A stretch of DNA of 64,000 bases from Deltaproteobacteria bacterium (lineage in GTDB: Bacteria; Myxococcota_A; UBA9160; SMWR01), in NCBI GenBank assembly GCA_032128115.1, contig JAQBHB010000036.1, positions 1 through 64,000 on the forward strand, written 5' to 3'. The notes under the pieces are model-generated. The model was not told the origin of the DNA. It saw only the letters and a list, made by a program, of their open reading frames with translations, and made no database searches. Below, piece by piece: positions 63,557 to 64,000 of this stretch. Positions within the stretch are counted from its first letter, which is position 1. Each line of letters opens with the position of its first letter. Made by a program: the position numbers and the translations under genes.

Positions 63557-64000
63557 AGGTCGTCCGCCGCGGGCTCGACCGCCAGCATGGTGAGGTCGTC
63601 GCGGATCTGGTGCGTCGCCACGTCGGTCACGATGGCGTCGACCCGGCCGCCGATCGGCTCGTCCGCGAAACGGTCGATGATGCGTTTGACGCCCTCGGCA
63701 CCCAGGGGGGCGGAGCCCGCGCAGGCCTCGGTCAGCCCGTCGGAAAAGACGTAGAGCGAGCACCCGTTCAGCGACAGGGCAACCTCGGGGAAGCTTCCGG
63801 AGGCCAGGCCGATGCCCAGGGGTGGGGCCTGGGCGCGGATCTCCTCGAAGCGGCCCGGTCCCGAGCGCAGCAGGGCCGGCTCGTGACCGGCGTTGGCAAT
63901 CACCGCCACGCGCGACTTGCGGTCGTAGACGCCGGCCAGCATCGTGACGAACTTGCCGTGGGAGGCGGTCTCGGAGAGCTCGCGATCGAGCTCGGCTAGC
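63553..64000 (-). CDS. SpoIIE/RsbU-like PP2C phosphatase, C-terminal part (start outside window)
   Basis: FVTM, NAGHEP, PPLGI, FSDGLTEA, DDLTML; frame open to the window end. Confidence 0.9.
   Translation of the reverse strand, partial: LAELDRELSETASHGKFVTMLAGVYDRKSRVAVIANAGHEPALLRSGPGRFEEIRAQAPPLGIGLASGSFPEVALSLNGCSLYVFSDGLTEACAGSAPLGAEGVKRIIDRFADEPIGGRVDAIVTDVATHQIRDDLTMLAVEPAADDL

Noticed and set aside
1..64000. CRISPR array, rRNA, prophage or anti-phage defence genes
   Set aside because: No repeat-spacer array or hallmark genes seen; the STAND protein has a DNA-binding winged helix and no nuclease or TIR effector

Overview
High-GC bacterial chromosome segment. Gene content resembles Myxococcota-like lineages (inference only). 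The left end is the edge of an element at the 3' end of tRNA-Arg(UCG), carrying an IS481 transposase cut by the window edge and a single-Tyr IS91/ISCR-like HUH transposase. It is followed by TetR-carotenoid-type oxygenase, tRNA-His and tRNA-Arg(UCU), and a heme-copper oxidase operon. Next come secreted enzymes (sulfatase, beta-propeller cytochrome c), a DUF1800/DUF1501 pair, a Ser/Ser DapF and a lipid-linked glycosylation cluster. The right half holds a steroid side-chain (igr/cas-like) operon, a PEP-CTERM cassette, a dual-MMPL/LolA-like/outer-membrane-protein locus and an MCE transporter coupled to an RsbU/W/V-type module. Best leads: (1) an A-family oxidase with an intact D-channel but no canonical K-channel residues, plus an uncalled 34-aa membrane subunit; (2) a possibly phosphorylation-switched MCE transporter; (3) a sigma-54-driven sRNA candidate sharing promoter architecture with the PEP-CTERM gene; (4) a steroid transport/catabolism neighbourhood. 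All calls come from reading motifs by eye; no database searches were run.
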